Part shown: piece after piece, positions 23,570 to 27,986 of the stretch
Position numbering within the stretch: position 1 is the first letter of the stretch
Layout: every line of letters starts with the position of its first letter
Assembly: GCA_903925435.1 (NCBI GenBank)
Contig: CAIYFF010000072.1
Span: 1-27,986, forward strand
Direction of reading: 5' to 3'
DNA: 27,986 nt
Origin: an uncultured Planctomycetota bacterium
Lineage (GTDB): Bacteria; Planctomycetota; UBA1135; UBA2386
Program-made: the position numbers and the translations under genes
The notes under the pieces: generated by a model
The model's database searches: none
What the model was told of the DNA's origin: nothing
Seen by the model: the letters and a program-made list of their open reading frames with translations, nothing else

Positions 23570-24654
23570 TGGACAGCAAGGAACTCGAGCGCATGCTCGC
23601 GTCGATGACGCGCGCCGGCGCATCTTCGCTGCACATTCTGTCCGGCCACCCGCCGTGCGTTCGCGTGCAGCGTCGCTTCGTGAAGTCGGAGCACCCCGTG
23701 GTCGAACCCGCGGAGGTCGAAGCGCTGCTCGCGGACTTGCTGTTCGATGACCATCGGCAACGGCTCGCAGAATGCGGGCAAGTCGACGTTCTCTACGTCG
23801 CGCGCACCGGCCAGCGCTTCCGCACGACGGTGCTGCGTCAGGAGAATGGGCTCGCGATGTTGATGCGTCCGATTCCCGAGGCGCCGCCGCAGTTGCAGGA
23901 CCTGCAGCTTCCGCAGCAAGTCGCTTCGCTCGTCGAGCTGCAGAGTGGCCTCGTCGTGATCGCTGGCTCGTTTGGCTCGGGCAAGAGCGCCACGCTCGCA
24001 GCGCTCGCCGACGCGCTCAATCGCACGACGTCGCGCCACATCGTGACCATCGAGGAGCCGATCGAGTTCCTCCATCCGCAGGGCCGCGCGTTGTTGCATC
24101 AACGCGAAGTGGGCGCGCACGTCCGCGACGCCGCTGCTGGCGTGCGGCAAGCGATGCGCCTTGGCGCCGAAGTGTTGTTCGTGAGCGAGATCCAAGACGC
24201 GGCGGTGCTCGATGCTGCGCTCGACGCAGCCGAGGCGGGTTGCCTCGTGTTTGCGGGTTTCGATGCCAGCTCGGTGGTCAGCGCATGCGCGGGGATCGAG
24301 AAGCTCGCGTCGCAAGACCAACGCGAACGCGTGCGCGCGCGATTCTCTGCGTCGATGCGCGCGGTGACCGCGCAGACGCTGCTGCCGTGCGCGCACCAGC
24401 AGGGCCGCGTGCCGATGGTCGAAGTGCTCACCGACAACTCCGCGGCGCAAACGGCGATTCGCGATGGGCGCGTCGATGAGTTGCCCGCGATCATGCATCG
24501 ATGCCGCGGCCTCGGCATGCAGACCGTCGATTCGGCTCTGCGCGGCTTGCTCGCGCGCCATCTCATCACGCCCGAAGAGGCGATGCAGCACGCGGTGCAG
24601 CGCGACCAGGTGCTCGCGCGCGCGACGGCGGGCGCTGGCGTGCCGGGTCGGTGA
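23569..24654 (+). CDS. PilT/PilU-like secretion ATPase homolog, partly degenerate, 361 aa
   Basis: TGATG overlap with the previous gene; ASSLHI..G.PP.VRV, RFR, MRPIP, GLVVIAGSFGSGKSATLAA, HIVTIEEPIEFLH, QREVG, V.EIQD, AAEAGCLV, RVP.VEVL, AIRDG, GMQT.D..L. Confidence 0.9.
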   Translation: MDSKELERMLASMTRAGASSLHILSGHPPCVRVQRRFVKSEHPVVEPAEVEALLADLLFDDHRQRLAECGQVDVLYVARTGQRFRTTVLRQENGLAMLMRPIPEAPPQLQDLQLPQQVASLVELQSGLVVIAGSFGSGKSATLAALADALNRTTSRHIVTIEEPIEFLHPQGRALLHQREVGAHVRDAAAGVRQAMRLGAEVLFVSEIQDAAVLDAALDAAEAGCLVFAGFDASSVVSACAGIEKLASQDQRERVRARFSASMRAVTAQTLLPCAHQQGRVPMVEVLTDNSAAQTAIRDGRVDELPAIMHRCRGLGMQTVDSALRGLLARHLITPEEAMQHAVQRDQVLARATAGAGVPGR

Positions 24655-24673
24655 GGCGTCTTCGCGCCGGCGC

Positions 24674-25459
24674 TCAGGCCCCGGCGCCGTCTTCGTCGAG
24701 GTCGAGCCCGCGCTCTTCCTCTTCGCTGATGCCTTCGCCGAAGTTGGAGCCGAGATAGATCCGGCGCACTTGCTCGTCTGCGACGATCGTGTGCGGCTCG
24801 CCTTCGGCAAACACCTTGCCCTTCGCGATGATGTAGGCGCGGTCGGTGATGCGCAGCGTTTCGATCACGCTGTGGTCGGTGATCAGGATCGCGATGCCGC
24901 GCTCTGCGAGCGCCGCGAGGATGCGCTGGATCTCCTCGACCGTGATGGGGTCCACGCCCGCGAACGGTTCGTCGAGTAGCAACAGGCGAGGCTCGGTCGC
25001 AAGCGCGCGCGCGATCTCCAAGCGACGTCGTTCGCCGCCGGACAATTGCTCGCCAAGCGAATCGACGAGATGGCCGAGTTGCAGGTCCTCGATCAGTTCT
25101 TGCGCGCGCTGCTCGCGCGGAGCCCGCTTCATGCCGCGCGCTTCGAGCACGCACGCGACGTTGTCGAGCACGGTCATGCGCCGGAACACCGACGCTTCCT
25201 GGCTCAGGTAGCCAAGGCCGAGGCGCGCGCGGCGATACATCGGCAGGCGCGTGATGTCCTTGCCGAGGAACATCACTTTGCCGGCGTCGGGATGCACCAT
25301 GCCGACGACCATGCGGAAGCTCGTCGTCTTGCCGGCGCCGTTGGGGCCCAGCAGTCCGACGATCTCGCCTTCGTCGACGCGGATCGACACCTTGTCGACG
25401 ACGCGGCGGCCGCGATACGCCTTGACCAGTCCTTCGGTCTGCAGGATCGGCGAAGTCAC
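24674..25459 (-). CDS. lptB: LPS export ABC transporter ATP-binding protein LptB, 261 aa
   Basis: L.KAY.GRRVV..VSI.V..GEIVGLLGPNGAGKTTSF; DIT.LPMY.RAR.G.GYL.QE.SVFR; LSGGERRRLEIARALA..P..LLLDEPFAGVDP; ITDH.V.ETL.I.DRAYI; V..IYLG..F. Confidence 0.95.
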   Translation of the reverse strand: MTSPILQTEGLVKAYRGRRVVDKVSIRVDEGEIVGLLGPNGAGKTTSFRMVVGMVHPDAGKVMFLGKDITRLPMYRRARLGLGYLSQEASVFRRMTVLDNVACVLEARGMKRAPREQRAQELIEDLQLGHLVDSLGEQLSGGERRRLEIARALATEPRLLLLDEPFAGVDPITVEEIQRILAALAERGIAILITDHSVIETLRITDRAYIIAKGKVFAEGEPHTIVADEQVRRIYLGSNFGEGISEEEERGLDLDEDGAGA

Positions 25460-25466
25460 AGTCAGA

Positions 25467-27152
25467 TCAGCGAATGGGGGACATGCGCGGGAACGGCCAG
25501 CGCCAGAAGATGAGCAGCGCGCGGCCGCGGATGTGCTCGCGCTTGACGAAGCCGTGCCAGTCCTCGGGGGGCTCCCAAGCCTTCTGGCCCTCGCCCGTCG
25601 TCGGCGGCTCGATCGTGAACTTGCCCGTCTGCTCGTCGACGAGGCCGCGGCCCTTGAGCGCGTGGATCTCGCCGAACTCGTCGATCATCGCAAGCGCGTC
25701 CTTGCTGCGGATGACGATCGGCGTCTCGTCGCGATCCTTCTGCATCGACGCAGGCATCGGACGCTTGTTGCCGCGCAGGACGCGCGCGCCTTCCGCTGCG
25801 CGCGCCTTCGCTTCGTCGGGCGTGACTGCTGTGCCATCCGCGAGTCGGCCGATGTCGATCGACGTCCAACCGCGCGAGTCGATCGACTGCAGCGTGTTGT
25901 CGCCCATCATGAAGTACTTGCCGTCTGGGATCGGGATCAGGTCCTGCGCATACGAGAAGCCGCGCTTCGTGTAGTGCAGGTCGCGGTCGATGCGCAGGCC
26001 TTCGATGTGCACCTTGCCGGCGCCCTTCAGTCGCAACTGCGGCGCGCTCGCGTGGTCGCCGGTTGCACCCGTGCCGCCGCCCTGGATCTCGCAAGCGTCG
26101 CGGCAGTCGTGGCTCGACACGTCGAAGCGCTGCGCCACGTCGCCGTCGCGCCACGCGATCAACTCGTCGTCGAGATGCGCGAAGCCGACCTCGGTTGCGA
26201 CGCCTGGCGGCAGTTCGAACACGAAGCTCGGCGACTCGATCGCCGGTTCGTTGCCGCGCTGCGCCATCAGCTTCGCCTTGCCGCCTTGCACGAGCAGCGA
26301 GAACGTCGTCATCGGCAGACCCGGACGGCGCACTTCGACTTCGAGCGCGAGTTCATCGAGCGTCTGTTCGGGCCGCACGGTCGCCGTGATGCGCGCGTCG
26401 GGGACGATCTCGCATTCGCGCATGCCCGCCTTCTCGCGGATCGCCTGCGCAGTGCTCGTCGGGTAGCCGTCCCACACGCGATCGACGAAGCCGCCGTCGA
26501 CGTTGTCCTTGAACTGCAGCTTGTAGACGCGGCCCGCGACGGGCTCGAGCGCAACCGTGAACGCGCCCAGCTCCGAGCCTTCGCTCCACGCCTGCGTCGG
26601 CGTGCCGTAGAGCATGCCGCCGAGTCCCTTCTGGCCTTCGTGCAGCAGTTGGCGCGCGGGGTAGATCTCCTTCCACAGACCCTGCTGGATTCGATCCGGC
26701 TTGCGCAGCGGCTCGTAGGTCCGCTTCGTGCCGTCTTGCGTCACGCGGTAGAGGTTGCCGCCGCCGATGAACAGCGTTTCGCCGGGCAGGCCGACGAGGC
26801 GCTTCACGTAGTTCTGGTTCTGCTGCAGCGGGTAGCCAAACACCGTGACGTCCCAACGCTGCGGCTCGCGAATCGCCGGCGTCAGCTTGTCGACGAGAAG
26901 TCGGTCATAGACGCCTGCTTCGCTGCTGCCCATCAACGTCGGTTGCATCGACGATGTCGGGATCTGGAACGCTTCGAGGCAGAACCACTTCAGCAGCACG
27001 GCGCCGAGGATCGCGACGCCGAACGCTTCGAGGTTGTAGCGAATCGGCCCGATGCGGGGCTTCAGCTTGGTCTTCGGCTGCGAGGCCGACTTCGCGGCTT
27101 GGATCGCGGCCTGTTCGACCGCGGTGCGCGCTGCAAGGATCGGATCCGTCAT
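25467..27152 (-). CDS. lepB: Signal peptidase I with large insertions, 561 aa
   Basis: One TM helix then box B FQIPTSSMQPTL (Ser68), box C DRLLVDK, box D NYVKRLVGLPGE (Lys117), box E YFMMGDN..S.DSR.W, and GFV....I.GRA..IFW. Directly downstream of lepA. Confidence 0.93.
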   Translation of the reverse strand: MTDPILAARTAVEQAAIQAAKSASQPKTKLKPRIGPIRYNLEAFGVAILGAVLLKWFCLEAFQIPTSSMQPTLMGSSEAGVYDRLLVDKLTPAIREPQRWDVTVFGYPLQQNQNYVKRLVGLPGETLFIGGGNLYRVTQDGTKRTYEPLRKPDRIQQGLWKEIYPARQLLHEGQKGLGGMLYGTPTQAWSEGSELGAFTVALEPVAGRVYKLQFKDNVDGGFVDRVWDGYPTSTAQAIREKAGMRECEIVPDARITATVRPEQTLDELALEVEVRRPGLPMTTFSLLVQGGKAKLMAQRGNEPAIESPSFVFELPPGVATEVGFAHLDDELIAWRDGDVAQRFDVSSHDCRDACEIQGGGTGATGDHASAPQLRLKGAGKVHIEGLRIDRDLHYTKRGFSYAQDLIPIPDGKYFMMGDNTLQSIDSRGWTSIDIGRLADGTAVTPDEAKARAAEGARVLRGNKRPMPASMQKDRDETPIVIRSKDALAMIDEFGEIHALKGRGLVDEQTGKFTIEPPTTGEGQKAWEPPEDWHGFVKREHIRGRALLIFWRWPFPRMSPIR

Positions 27153-27181
27153 CGTGTGGCTCTCGGCGTTTGGTGCTGAGG

Positions 27182-27986
27182 TCAGTCGTCTTCGCCGCTG
27201 CGCAGCACCGACAGGAAGGCCTCCTGCGGGATCTCGACGCTGCCGACCATGCGCATGCGCTTCTTGCCTTCCTTCTGCTTCTCCAGCAGCTTGCGCTTTC
27301 TGCTGATGTCGCCGCCGTAGCACTTGGCGGTCACGTCCTTGCGCATTGCTGCGATGTTCTCGCGCGCGATGAACTTGCCGCCGATCGCCGCTTGCAGCGC
27401 GACTTCGAACTGGTGCCGCGGGATCTCCTTGCGCAGTTGCTTCAGGATCTTGCGGCCGCGGTTCTCGGACTGGTCCTTGTGGCAAAGGAACGACAGCGCG
27501 TCGACTTCGTCGCCGGCGACGAGGATGCGCACCTTGACGAGTTCGCTCGGCTCGAAGCCTTCGACTTCGTAGTCCATCGTGCCGTAGCCGCGCGTCGCCG
27601 ACTTCAGGTGGTCGTGGAAGTCGAAGATGATCTCCGCGAACGGAATGCGGAAGCCGATCATCACGCGCTCGCGGCCGTAGTAGTCCGTGCGCACGTATTG
27701 GCCGCGGCGGTCGGTGCAGATCTTCATCACTGCGCCGATGAACTCGGCGGGCACGACGACATTGACGCGCGTGATCGGCTCGAGGTACTCGGCGATCTGC
27801 GACCCGTCGGGCAGTTCGCTCGGCGACCGAATCTCCTTCTCTTCGCCGTTCGTGAACTTGATGCGGTAGCGCACCGTCGGCGCCGTCTGCACGAGGTCGA
27901 TGTCCTCTTCGCGTTCGAGGCGCTGCTGGATGACCTCCATGTGCAACAGGCCGAGGAAGCCGCAGCGGAAGCCGAAGCCCAGCGCA
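27182..27986 (-). CDS. lepA: Elongation factor 4 (LepA), 3' part; the gene continues beyond the right edge
   Basis: ALGFGFRCGFLGLLHME..QQRLERE; TAP.V.Y; EII.DF.D.LKS.T.GY...DYE; VDALSF; IPR..FEV..QAAIG.K.IARE.I.A.RKDVTAKCYGGDISRKRKLLEKQKEGKKRM..VG.VE.PQEAF. Confidence 0.98.
   Translation of the reverse strand, partial: ALGFGFRCGFLGLLHMEVIQQRLEREEDIDLVQTAPTVRYRIKFTNGEEKEIRSPSELPDGSQIAEYLEPITRVNVVVPAEFIGAVMKICTDRRGQYVRTDYYGRERVMIGFRIPFAEIIFDFHDHLKSATRGYGTMDYEVEGFEPSELVKVRILVAGDEVDALSFLCHKDQSENRGRKILKQLRKEIPRHQFEVALQAAIGGKFIARENIAAMRKDVTAKCYGGDISRKRKLLEKQKEGKKRMRMVGSVEIPQEAFLSVLRSGEDD

Noticed and set aside
24655-24668. Small hairpin GGCG-TCTTCG-CGCC between the convergent pilT-like and lptB genes
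   Set aside because: Only 4 bp and no U-tract on either strand; too weak to call a terminator.
1-27986. Mobile elements, prophage genes, defence systems, tRNA/rRNA
   Set aside because: No transposase, integrase, terminal repeats, phage structural motifs or tRNA cloverleaf seen. The only nuclease-like fold lacks its catalytic residues and has no defence-type neighbours.

Overview
A GC-rich (roughly two-thirds G+C by eye), gene-dense bacterial chromosomal window. The assignment to Planctomycetota/PVC is an inference from the long-form GreA, the greatly enlarged signal peptidase I, the lepA-lepB-lptB order and the weak SD usage. I support about 21 CDS plus a possible gene end at the left edge. 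Left arm: TIGR01777-type epimerase (-), a palindrome-dense 480-bp intergenic gap, then SGNH hydrolase, class I/II aminotransferase and a large secreted PIG-L/LmbE deacetylase (+). Centre: 12 co-oriented minus-strand genes (21967 to 6265): a PD-(D/E)xK-like protein lacking catalytic residues, long GreA, alpha/beta hydrolase, DSD1-type PLP enzyme, TPR protein with acidic tail, MoxR-DUF58-transglutaminase, membrane SAM methyltransferase, and a module of two paralogous secreted proteins flanking a small membrane-anchored WWWW protein. Right arm: two tandem degenerate PilT/PilU-like ATPases (+; the first has a tandem MshEN-like motif and broken Walker boxes), then lptB, lepB and the 3' part of lepA (-). 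I found no rRNA, tRNA, CRISPR array or mobile element. The best candidates for undescribed biology are the PilT pseudo-ATPase pair, the secreted paralog module and the apparently dead nuclease-fold protein. All family calls come from motif recognition by eye; no database search was run.
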